This document shows, one piece after another, positions 35,765 to 44,428 of a DNA stretch of 64,000 nucleotides. A model generated the notes under the pieces. That model saw nothing but the letters and a program-made list of their open reading frames with translations. It searched no databases and was not told where the DNA came from. The first letter of the stretch is position 1, and the number at the start of each line of letters is the position of its first letter. Location of the stretch: contig DASYUH010000013.1 in the NCBI GenBank assembly GCA_036001465.1, positions 92,554 to 156,553 on the forward strand. Direction: 5' to 3'. The position numbers and the translations under genes were made by a program. This DNA is from Candidatus Polarisedimenticolia bacterium (lineage in GTDB: Bacteria; Acidobacteriota; Polarisedimenticolia; Gp22-AA2).

Positions 35765-37348
35765 TCATGGCCGCCGAACCAAACCGGTGGCGGACGAGAG
35801 GACCCGCGCCAAAATGTCACGCGCCTCATCGACGCGCAGAAGGTGCAGAAGGGCGAGATAGGTTCCAACTCCGAGCGCGAGTCCCGACATGACCTGAATG
35901 ATCCGCGGCCCCTCTTTCCCCAGATCAGCGAGGTTCCCGAAAAACCCTGCCCACACCAGAAGGACCGCCCCCATGATGGTGGCGGACACGAGAACCCTCG
36001 CGGCGAATAGGGTATCACCCGGGCCCCGGATCGCCCCGACCTCCCGGCGCACCAGGGGAATGAGGACGAGGAGGGAGACGAGCGACACGGCGGTCGTGGC
36101 GAGGGCTATTCCGGCAAGGCCGAACGGCTTGACCAGGAGTGAATTCAATACGGCATTCGCCGCAATGGCGCCCGCAGAGGACCAGGCGAGCGCGGCGAGA
36201 CAGCGCCGCGCGAACAGAACTCGAGCCAGGATGACCTGATGGCCCATGAAAAGGATTTCGGGTGCATAACAGGCGATGAGCCGCGCCACCATCGCGGTCG
36301 ATTCGGGAGGGAATGCGCCCCGCTCGAAGAGGAGGCGCGCCAGCGGGGTGCCGAACGTCAGGGCTCCGGCACACAAGGGCGCGGTCAGGATGAGCATGTG
36401 ACGCTGGCTCGACCGGAGGATCCCGGCGAGCTCCCCCCGGCCAGCCTGCGCCGCGGCCGCCAGTCGCGGGAAGACGACCTCGGCGAGAGAGAGGGACGTC
36501 AGCAATTCCGCGTTGGAGATGATGACGAAGGCGAACCCCAGAGTCGTGATGCTGCCGGACGGCAGGAAGGACGCGAAGGCATTGTCCACCAGGAGATTGA
36601 TCGTTCCGGTGTTCGCGGCGAGGCTCATCGGCAGGAACGCGACCCAGAAGTCCCGCCGGTGCTCCGCGTGCAAGCCTCCGGCTTCCGCCTGGGGGGAGAA
36701 TCCCGCAGGGTCGCGGAGCATTCGGGCGGCGGCCAGTGAGAGCAGCCCGACCGCGATGACCGCGCCCAGGAGCGATCCGAGCGGCAGGGCGAAAATCCCC
36801 AGCCGGCCTACCAGGAGAACCAAGACGATCACGGACACCAGGTTGATCAGGACGTGCGTGAGGTTCGATACCCCGAAGCGGCCACGGACCTCGAACAGGC
36901 AGCGCGTCACCGTGAAGTAGACGCCTCCGGCCAGCCCGAAAATTGAGATGCGCAGCAGGCTGGCGCTCAGCGCGGCACGGTCGGGTGTGAACCCCGGTGC
37001 AATCAAGGCGGTGAAGTGGCGCGCTCCGGCGAGAACGACCAAAATGCACGGGGTGAGCCACAGCGTCACCTGCCAGAGAGTCCGGCGGGCGAAGCGTTTC
37101 TGTCCTGAAATCCCGTCCCGACGACCAACCGCAGCCAGCGAGACGAGCAGATTGCCGTACAGGCCGCCCATCAGGAACGTGGAGATGAGGTTGGGGATAG
37201 TCTGGGCCACCAGGTAACAGTCCTTCGCCACGCTGGTCCCGAAATAGGTCGCCGAGAGCATCCCGAGGGCCAGCGCGAGACCGGCGTTCGTCAGGCGGCA
37301 CGCCGAAACGACAAGAGTGGCGCGGAACGCGCTGGCGTTCTGGCTCAC
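35765..37348 (-). CDS. MurJ/MviN-family (MOP superfamily) flippase, Wzx-like
   Basis: 527 aa with 12-14 TM helices. N-terminal region YFGTSVAKDCYLVAQTIPNLISTFLMGG matches the MurJ family pattern. The C-terminal 80 aa are duplicated at 32625-32867. Confidence 0.8.
   Translation of the reverse strand: MSQNASAFRATLVVSACRLTNAGLALALGMLSATYFGTSVAKDCYLVAQTIPNLISTFLMGGLYGNLLVSLAAVGRRDGISGQKRFARRTLWQVTLWLTPCILVVLAGARHFTALIAPGFTPDRAALSASLLRISIFGLAGGVYFTVTRCLFEVRGRFGVSNLTHVLINLVSVIVLVLLVGRLGIFALPLGSLLGAVIAVGLLSLAAARMLRDPAGFSPQAEAGGLHAEHRRDFWVAFLPMSLAANTGTINLLVDNAFASFLPSGSITTLGFAFVIISNAELLTSLSLAEVVFPRLAAAAQAGRGELAGILRSSQRHMLILTAPLCAGALTFGTPLARLLFERGAFPPESTAMVARLIACYAPEILFMGHQVILARVLFARRCLAALAWSSAGAIAANAVLNSLLVKPFGLAGIALATTAVSLVSLLVLIPLVRREVGAIRGPGDTLFAARVLVSATIMGAVLLVWAGFFGNLADLGKEGPRIIQVMSGLALGVGTYLALLHLLRVDEARDILARVLSSATGLVRRP
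35834..36077 (-). repeat. Repeat copy B (live 3' end of the flippase gene), direct repeat of 32625-32867
   Basis: See copy A. The two copies bracket a lower-GC segment of about 3 kb. Confidence 0.6.
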
Positions 37349-37879
37349 GTTCCTGGCGGCATGGGGCGCGGGATAGCCGCGCTTGCGGCGGTGCGGGCGT
37401 GGAATGCCCTTCGCGCCCGCGGCATCGAGGTGAACGACCGGAGGCTACTCTCGCCACACTCAGACATTTCGCCCTCACCCGGGCGTCTCTTCGCCGCTGC
37501 AGGAAGCAGATTCTCACTTCATCGATTTGTGGCTTAGATCAGTGGCGATTTTCGCGAGGGAGCACAGGCTCTCGTCGCGGGCCTCTCAGCTCCCACCGCT
37601 CGCGGGCACTCGTCCACGGCAGGAGCCGCCTTCTTCCCGCCCCTATCGAGGCAGATGATCGGATGGCCTGACAACTCGGTGGATTCAGCATTTGCAGGAT
37701 GCCCCCGCTCAACGAAGAGCACAAAGTACGCTAGACGGTCCGCAATTGCAACGCCTTTCAGGGGGACGACCGGGGGGGGCGGGTTGGGTGCACAGCGACG
37801 CCGCCGCCAGGCCCCGGCTTGCACCGCCTCGAGCGGCTCCCTATATTCAAGCGGGCTTCTGACGGTGTTCGTCCGCGCA

Positions 37880-37897
37880 CTGTCAGCCGCCTGACAG
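37880..37897. promoter_or_regulatory. Perfect palindrome CTGTCAG-CCGC-CTGACAG about 65 nt upstream of the DUF4388 gene
   Basis: 7-bp inverted repeat with a 4-nt spacer in the divergent MurJ / DUF4388 intergenic region. Candidate operator or small hairpin. Confidence 0.3.
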
Positions 37898-37961
37898 CGG
37901 GCGGCGTGGTGGCCAGCCCGGAAACTGGACCTGTCCCGGCCCGAGCGGCCCACGAGCGCCG

Positions 37962-39110
37962 ATGTCGATGAAGGGTCTGACCGGCAACCTGAAAACCATG
38001 TCCCTCCCGGACCTTCTTCAGTGGGCCGGGGCCGGCCGAAAGACCGGGACGCTCGCCCTGAAGAGCGGCCCACTTCACAAGAAAATCTATTTCCAGGACG
38101 GGGCGATCATCGGATCGTCCAGCGACGACAGCCGGGAATACCTCGGTCAGTTCATGCTCAGCGAGGGGATCATTACCGAGCAGCAGCTCAAAGACGCCTT
38201 CGACCTGCAGTCGCAGACCAAGGTCATGCTGGGGCGAATCCTGGTCAAGAAGGGCCTCGTGTCGGAAGCCAAGGTCGGCGAGGTTCTGCGACTGAAGGCC
38301 GAGGAAACGATCTACTCGCTCTTCCTGTGGATGGAAGCCGATTTCGAATTCCTGGAGGCCGAGCTTCCGCCGGGGGACCAGGTGCTGATCTCCATCAAAG
38401 TCGAAGACGTGCTGATGGAGGGGCTGCGACGCTACGACACCTCGAAGAAGATCCGCCAGGTCCTGCCGCACAACGGGGTCGTGCTGCGCCGCTGTCCCAG
38501 GCCGCTTCCGTCCGACATCGCCGCGAAGAAGTTCCCGCGGCGGATCTACGACCTGGTGGACGGCCGGAGAACGCTGGCCCAGATCGTCCTCGAGGCGCAC
38601 GCCTCCGAGTACAACGTCTGCCAGGTGCTCTTCGTCATGGTCCAGAAGAAGTTCCTGGAAATCGTCCAGGCGGAGTCCGTGGCGCCGTCTCCCGCCCGTC
38701 CACCTGCCGACAGCCCGCAGGCGCTGATGGATGCGGCCAAGGAGCTCATCAAGAGCGGCGATTCGGAAGGAGCGCTGGTGATCCTGGAAAAGGCGCGCAA
38801 GAGCGCGGGCAAGAACCCCGAGATGAACGCCTTGATTCAGGTCGCCGAGGAGCACTTCATCGACAAGGCCTACCGCCACTACCTGCCGCCCAAGAAGATC
38901 CCCGTTCTGAAGAAGCCGCTGGAATCGCTGATGAGCCAGGATCTCAGCCCGGAGGAGGGCTTCCTGGTCAGCCGGGTCAACGGCTCCTGGGATCTGCGGT
39001 CGATCATCAGCATCTCGCCGTTGCGCGAAGTGGACGCGCTGCGCGCCTTCAAGAAGCTGCGCGAGCGCGGCATCCTCGACCTGATCGACGCTCAGGCCAG
39101 GACGGCCTGA
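37962..39110 (+). CDS. DUF4388 domain-containing protein
   Basis: 382 aa. N-terminus GNLKTMSLPDLLQWAGAGRKTGTLAL...IYFQDGAIIGSSSD is the DUF4388 signature. K/E-rich, GC about 60%. 3' end overlaps carB convergently by about 19 nt. Confidence 0.75.
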   Translation: MSMKGLTGNLKTMSLPDLLQWAGAGRKTGTLALKSGPLHKKIYFQDGAIIGSSSDDSREYLGQFMLSEGIITEQQLKDAFDLQSQTKVMLGRILVKKGLVSEAKVGEVLRLKAEETIYSLFLWMEADFEFLEAELPPGDQVLISIKVEDVLMEGLRRYDTSKKIRQVLPHNGVVLRRCPRPLPSDIAAKKFPRRIYDLVDGRRTLAQIVLEAHASEYNVCQVLFVMVQKKFLEIVQAESVAPSPARPPADSPQALMDAAKELIKSGDSEGALVILEKARKSAGKNPEMNALIQVAEEHFIDKAYRHYLPPKKIPVLKKPLESLMSQDLSPEEGFLVSRVNGSWDLRSIISISPLREVDALRAFKKLRERGILDLIDAQARTA

Positions 39111-42100
39111 GCCTCCGGCCCGACGCGGATCCGCCGGCGACCGGGCTTCCGTCCCACGGCCAGGGGGCTCGGGCCGTCGCGACCCGCGCCCGATTCCCCC
39201 TCGCGCGCGGCCTCCCGGGCGAACGCCGGCCCCCGGCTCTCCCCCGCTCCGCTCCGACTCCATCCCGCGGCGGGGGCCACGTAGTGATCGTACGGCTCAA
39301 TTTTCAAGTCGTCCCATTTCGTGCTCGCGATCGACTTCACGAACAGCTCGGCCAGCTGGAGGTTGGTGAACAGCGGAATCCCCACGTCGGTGGCCCGGCG
39401 GCGGATGATGTAGCCGTCGGTCAGCTCCTTCCGGTCGTAGCCGGCAGGCACGTTGATGATCAGGTCCAGCCGGTTCGGCGTGATGTAGTCGAGAAGGGAG
39501 GGCTTGCGCCGCTCGTGGATCTTGTAGAGCCGCACGTTCGGAACGCCGTTGTCCTCCAGGAAGCGCGAGGTGTAACGCGTCGCGTAAAGCGTGAAGCCCA
39601 AGTCGTGGAGGGCGCGGGCCGAGGGCAGGAAGCGCGTCTTGTCCCGCAGCGACCCGATCGTCAGGAGCACCTGCTTGCGTGTCGGGGGCTTGAAACCGGC
39701 GGCCAGGATCGCTTTCAGGAAGGCGTCCGGAAGGTCATGCCCCAGGCAGGCCACCTCCCCGGTCGAGGCCATCTCGACCCGCAGCGCCGGGTCCGCCCCC
39801 TTGATGCGCGAGAACGAGAACTGCGGCGCCTTCACGCCGATGTGATCGAGGTCGAGGAGCGAGGCCGGCATAGGGCGCACTTCGGCTCCCATCATGGCCC
39901 GGGTCGCCAGGTCCACGAAATCGACGCCGCTCACCTTGGAGATGAACGGGAACGAGCGCGAGGCGCGCAGGTTGCATTCGATGACCATGACCTGGTTGTC
40001 CACCGCCAGGAACTGGACGTTGAACGGCCCGGTGATTCTCAAGCCCCGGGCCAGCTCGGCGGTGATCGACCGGATGCGCCGCACCGTCTCGAGGTAGATC
40101 TTCTGGGGCGGCAGGACCACGGTGGCGTCCCCCGAGTGGACACCGGCGTTCTCCACGTGCTCCGTCACCGCGACCGCCAGGACCCTTCCCCGCACTGCCA
40201 CCGCGTCCGCTTCCAGCTCTTTGGCGCCCTCCACGAATTTTGAAAGCACCACCGGGTGCCGGCGCGACACCTCCTCCGCCCCCTTCAAGGCGGCCGCGAG
40301 CCCCGCACCGTCCGAGGCGATGCGCATCGCGGCGCCGGACAGGACATAGGACGGGCGGACCAGGACCGGAAAGCCGACGCGGGCGGCGAAACGCAGCGCC
40401 TCGCGGCGCGAGGTCACCTCGGCCCAGGCCGGTTGTGGCACGCCGAGCCGATCCAGAAGCGAGGAAAACTTGTGGCGATCTTCGGCCCGGTCGATGTCCT
40501 CCGGCCGGGTGCCGAACACCCGGATTCCGGCCGCGGCGCACGCCAGGGCGTGGTTGTTCGGAATCTGTCCCCCGAACGCCAGCAGGACCCCGAGGGGCCT
40601 CTCCTTCAGGTAGATGTCGTGGATGCGCTCGAAGGTCAGCTCCTCGAAGTAGAGGGTGTGCCCCATGTCGTAGTCGGTGGAGACCGTCTCCGGATTGCAG
40701 TTGATCACGATCGGCGAGTAGCCGAGGCGGCGCAGCGCCTCGGTGGCCGACACGCAGCACCAGTCGAACTCGACCGACGAGCCGATGCGATAGGCCCCCG
40801 ACCCCAGGACCAGGACCTTCCGTTCTCCGTCGGCCGGGACCAGGTCGTCCTCGGTCCCGTGGTAAGTTGTGTACAGGTAGTTCGTCTTCACCGGCCACTC
40901 GGCGGCGAGCGTGTCGATCTGCTTCACCACCGGGACGACGCCGGCAGCCGCGCGGCGCCGCGCCACCGCTGCGGCGGAGCGCCCAGTGAACGCGGCAATC
41001 TGCTCGTCGGCGAAGCCGGCCTCCTTGACCAGTCGCAGCAGTGCCGCGGGGAGGGGGCCGCGCCCGCCCCGGCGGCGACCGGCGGCCCCGAGGACGCCGC
41101 GCAGCGCCACGATCCGCTTCATCTTCTCGAGGAACCAGGGGTCGATCCCCGTCCGGGCATGCAGCTCGGAGACGGGCCGGCCGCGCGCCAGGGACTCCGC
41201 CAGGGCGAAGACGCGGCGCGGCGTCGGCTGCGAGACGTCCCGGAGCGACTGGCGGATGTTGAAGTCGTTGCCCACCAGACCCTGGATGCCGTCGCCCAGC
41301 ATCCGGCAGCCCTTCTGCAGCGCCTCTTCGAAGCTGCGGCCGATCGCCATCACCTCTCCGACCGATTTCATTTCGCTGCCGATGAAGTGGGAGGCGCCCT
41401 GGAACTTCTCCAGGTCCCATTTCGGCATCTTGACCACCATGTAGTCGAGGGCCGGCTCGAAGCAGGCGGTCGTGGTGTCGTTCATCGAGTTCTTCAGATC
41501 CGGCAGGAGGTGCCCGAGAGCCAGCTTGGCGGCGATGCGGGCGAGCGGGTAGCCGGTCGCCTTGCTCGCCAGGGCGGACGACCGGGACAGCCGGGCGTTC
41601 ACCTCGATGACGCGATAGCGGTTCGAGCGCGGGTCGAGGGCGAACTGGATGTTGCATTCGCCGACGATCCCGAAGTGGCGGATCACCTTGAACGCCAGCG
41701 CGCGCAGGAAGAAGTACTCCTCGTCGGTCAGGGTCTGCGACGGCGCCACCACGATCGACTCGCCGGTATGCACGCCGAGCGGGTCGACGTTTTCCATGTT
41801 GCACACCGTGATGCAGTTGTCGGCCGCGTCGCGCACGACTTCGTACTCGACCTCCTTCCACCCCGTCAGGTCCTCCTCGACCAGCACCTGGGGGGAAGTG
41901 GTGAACGCCTCCGCGGCCATGCGCCTGAGCTCGCCTTCGCTCCGGGCGATGCCCGAACCGCGCCCGCCCAGCGTGAAGGCGGTGCGCATCATGACCGGGT
42001 ACCCGATGCGCCGCGACTCGGCCAGCGCCCCGGACACGTCGCGGGCGGCGCCGCTGCGCGGCACGTCGACGCCGATCGAGCGCAGCTCGCGCGCGAACCG

Positions 42101-42514
42101 GGCACGGTCTTCGGTCTTCTCGATCGCCGCGATCGGCGTGCCCAGGACCCGCACGCCGTGCCTTCGCAGCACCCCTTCCCGGTGCAGGGCCAGCCCGCAG
42201 TTGAGCGCCGTCTGGCCTCCGAACGACAGGAGGATGCCGTCGGGCTTCCCGCGGGCGATCACCCGGGACACGAAGTGCGGGGTGACGGGCAGCAGGAAGA
42301 TCCGGTCGGCGAGCCCCGGGGAAGTCTGGATCGTGGCGATGTTCGGGTTGACCAGCCAGACCTCGACCCCCTCCTCCTTGAGCGCCTTGATCGCCTGCGA
42401 TCCGGAGTAGTCGAACTCCCCGGCCTCGCCGATCTTGAGCGCCCCGGAGCCCAGGACGAGGACGCGCGTCGGATGGTCGCGGTGCGCGCGCCGCCGCTCC
42501 GTCGGGCGCTTCAC
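39092..42514 (-). CDS. carB: Carbamoyl-phosphate synthase large subunit
   Basis: Two ATP-grasp halves (RVLVLGSGALKIGEAGEFDYSGSQAIKALKEEG... and KVLVLGSGAYRIGSSVEFDWCCVSA...), an oligomerisation domain and an MGS-like C-terminus. GTG start at 42514 overlaps the carA TGA (GTGA). There is a C-terminal extension of about 70 aa past IEPYDHYV. The ORF-track 5' extension to 43642 lies in the carA antisense-shifted frame and is spurious. Confidence 0.9.
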   Translation of the reverse strand: MKRPTERRRAHRDHPTRVLVLGSGALKIGEAGEFDYSGSQAIKALKEEGVEVWLVNPNIATIQTSPGLADRIFLLPVTPHFVSRVIARGKPDGILLSFGGQTALNCGLALHREGVLRRHGVRVLGTPIAAIEKTEDRARFARELRSIGVDVPRSGAARDVSGALAESRRIGYPVMMRTAFTLGGRGSGIARSEGELRRMAAEAFTTSPQVLVEEDLTGWKEVEYEVVRDAADNCITVCNMENVDPLGVHTGESIVVAPSQTLTDEEYFFLRALAFKVIRHFGIVGECNIQFALDPRSNRYRVIEVNARLSRSSALASKATGYPLARIAAKLALGHLLPDLKNSMNDTTTACFEPALDYMVVKMPKWDLEKFQGASHFIGSEMKSVGEVMAIGRSFEEALQKGCRMLGDGIQGLVGNDFNIRQSLRDVSQPTPRRVFALAESLARGRPVSELHARTGIDPWFLEKMKRIVALRGVLGAAGRRRGGRGPLPAALLRLVKEAGFADEQIAAFTGRSAAAVARRRAAAGVVPVVKQIDTLAAEWPVKTNYLYTTYHGTEDDLVPADGERKVLVLGSGAYRIGSSVEFDWCCVSATEALRRLGYSPIVINCNPETVSTDYDMGHTLYFEELTFERIHDIYLKERPLGVLLAFGGQIPNNHALACAAAGIRVFGTRPEDIDRAEDRHKFSSLLDRLGVPQPAWAEVTSRREALRFAARVGFPVLVRPSYVLSGAAMRIASDGAGLAAALKGAEEVSRRHPVVLSKFVEGAKELEADAVAVRGRVLAVAVTEHVENAGVHSGDATVVLPPQKIYLETVRRIRSITAELARGLRITGPFNVQFLAVDNQVMVIECNLRASRSFPFISKVSGVDFVDLATRAMMGAEVRPMPASLLDLDHIGVKAPQFSFSRIKGADPALRVEMASTGEVACLGHDLPDAFLKAILAAGFKPPTRKQVLLTIGSLRDKTRFLPSARALHDLGFTLYATRYTSRFLEDNGVPNVRLYKIHERRKPSLLDYITPNRLDLIINVPAGYDRKELTDGYIIRRRATDVGIPLFTNLQLAELFVKSIASTKWDDLKIEPYDHYVAPAAGWSRSGAGESRGPAFAREAAREGESGAGRDGPSPLAVGRKPGRRRIRVGPEAQAVLA

Positions 42515-43623
42515 CGGATCTCCCCCAGGAACTCCTCCAGGATCCATTCCGTTCCGGTCGGGCCCGGGGCCGCCTCGGGGTGGAACTGGACCGATCGCCA
42601 CGGGCCGCTCTGGTGCCTGATCCCCTCGTTGGTCCCGTCGTTGGCGTTCCGGAACCACGCCTCCCAGCCGCGCGGCAGGCTTGCGCCGTCGACGGCGTAG
42701 CCGTGGTTCTGGCTCGTCTGGTAGCAGCGGCCCCCGCGCGTCTCGACGCATGGCTGGTTGTGCGCCCGGTGGCCGAATTTCATCTTGTACGTGCGCGCCC
42801 CGGCGGCCAGCGCCAGGAGCTGGTGCCCGAGGCAGATTCCCAGGATCGGAACCCTGCGGCGCATGAGCCAGCGGGCGGTCGCGACGGTCCGCGCGGCGAG
42901 CCGGGGATCGCCGGGCCCGTTGCTGATGACCACGCCGGCGCACTGGCGCGCCAGGGATCGGAGGTCGTGGTCCCACGGGACGACGATCACCTCCGCCCCC
43001 ATCCTGACCAGCATCCTCGCCTGGTTGTTCTTGCGGCCGCAGTCGATGAGGACCACCGGCACGCCGCCCCGGCCGTATCGGGCCACCTGGCGTGCCGACA
43101 CCTCCTCGACCAGGTTGCGCTCGTTCGGATCGACGAACTCCGGCGCCACGCGCCCCTCGATCTCGATCCGGCCGAGAAGGGCGCCGTGAATTCTGATCTT
43201 CTTGGTGAGCGCCCGCGTGTCGACCCCGGTCAGCCCGGGGACGCTCTCGCCGGCGAGCCAGTCTCCCAGGCTGGTGGCCGCCGTGTGGTGCGAGAAGCTC
43301 TCCGAGTACGCGGCGCAGACGACTCCTGAGGCATGGATCCGATCCGATTCCCAGGGGCGATCCGTCAGGCCGTCCTCGCCGGCCGGCCGCGGCCGGGGGA
43401 CGCCGTAGTTTCCCAGGGACGGATAGGTGAACAGGAGGATCTGGCCGCGATAGGAGGGGTCGGTGAGGGCCTCCGGATAGCCGACCATCCCCGTGGTGAA
43501 CACCACCTCGCCGGCGACCGGCTGCGGAGATCCGAAGGACACGCCGGGGAACACGGTGCCGTCCTGGAGGACCAGCCGGCCTCGCGTCGTCTGGCGCCGC
43601 ACCCCTCGGGTTCCGTCCCGCAT
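42511..43623 (-). CDS. carA: Carbamoyl-phosphate synthase small subunit (glutaminase)
   Basis: N-terminal LVLQDGTVFPG. GATase-1 triad region ILGICLGHQLL (Cys), with H and E downstream. Start trimmed to MRDGTRG. Confidence 0.85.
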   Translation of the reverse strand: MRDGTRGVRRQTTRGRLVLQDGTVFPGVSFGSPQPVAGEVVFTTGMVGYPEALTDPSYRGQILLFTYPSLGNYGVPRPRPAGEDGLTDRPWESDRIHASGVVCAAYSESFSHHTAATSLGDWLAGESVPGLTGVDTRALTKKIRIHGALLGRIEIEGRVAPEFVDPNERNLVEEVSARQVARYGRGGVPVVLIDCGRKNNQARMLVRMGAEVIVVPWDHDLRSLARQCAGVVISNGPGDPRLAARTVATARWLMRRRVPILGICLGHQLLALAAGARTYKMKFGHRAHNQPCVETRGGRCYQTSQNHGYAVDGASLPRGWEAWFRNANDGTNEGIRHQSGPWRSVQFHPEAAPGPTGTEWILEEFLGEIR

Positions 43624-43719
43624 CGGGCGCGCAGAATAGCACACCAGGAGTGTGCCCGAGCGTTCGGCCGGGCTGACGGAGAGTGCTACAATGCCTGGGT
43701 GCGTTGAGAGGTCCGTCCG

Positions 43720-44391
43720 ATGCCCAGGCCCGTCCGGACTGTGATCCTGGCGTTCTCCATGTCAGCGCTCGTCCCCCTGCTCGCCGACCCCGGGCCTTCG
43801 GCCTGGGCTGCGCCGCCCGCTGAAGAGACGATCTACCAGTCGAGCGATCTTCGGATCTACCGCACGGTCAACCGCGACGGGGCGCCGGTCGTGGTGCTCA
43901 CCAACGTCGACGCCGAGGGCCAGTACTTCCCCGGCCGGCCCGCGGACTCCCCGCGACGGGAGGAACGGGCTTTCCCCCCGTACGCGCCGCCCCCCGCGGC
44001 CCCGGTCGGAGCGCCGGAACGGCCGCAGCCGCCACCGGTCAAGGTGGTGGTGAACCGGGGAGAGGGCGAGGATCCCGCCGCCGAGGCCGAAGTCGCGAGC
44101 GACACCGGCGGAGGAACGACGGTGATCATCAACATCCATCCTCCGGCGCCGCCACCCCGCGAGACGGCCGTCCTTCCGGTCGCCTATGTGCCGGTTTCCT
44201 ACGGCGGCCTCGTCGGCCCGTTCCGGTATCCCGACCACCAGTACTTCCTAGGATACGCGCCCGGCACGGCGTCGCCGTCCTTCTTCGGCGGGCTGGGACT
44301 CAACGCGGGCAACGGTTTTGGGCTGAAGACCGGCGCCTCATGCGATCGCGGCTACGACTGCATGTTCGGCCCGACGGGCGATCACCCCTGA
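43720..44391 (+). CDS. Secreted proline-rich hypothetical protein
   Basis: Signal peptide MPRPVRTVILAFSMSALVPLLADPGPSAWA. PPxP-rich middle. Gly-rich C-terminus. Confidence 0.45.
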   Translation: MPRPVRTVILAFSMSALVPLLADPGPSAWAAPPAEETIYQSSDLRIYRTVNRDGAPVVVLTNVDAEGQYFPGRPADSPRREERAFPPYAPPPAAPVGAPERPQPPPVKVVVNRGEGEDPAAEAEVASDTGGGTTVIINIHPPAPPPRETAVLPVAYVPVSYGGLVGPFRYPDHQYFLGYAPGTASPSFFGGLGLNAGNGFGLKTGASCDRGYDCMFGPTGDHP

Positions 44392-44428
44392 CAAGCCGCC
44401 CTCCTCTCGGGGGGCGCGGGATGTTCCG

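Noticed and set aside
37758-40243. 501-aa minus-strand ORF and 740-aa plus-strand ORF
   Set aside because: Antisense or alternate frames of the DUF4388 and carB genes.
39735-42700. 708-aa minus-strand ORF and 814-aa plus-strand ORF
   Set aside because: Out-of-frame and antisense ORFs inside carB. The real carB frame carries the ATP-grasp motifs.
42514-43642. 5' extension of the 1516-aa ORF that fuses carB to sequence overlapping carA
   Set aside because: The extension is in a different frame across carA and is R/G/P-rich. A GTG at 42514 overlapping the carA stop gives a CarB of normal length.
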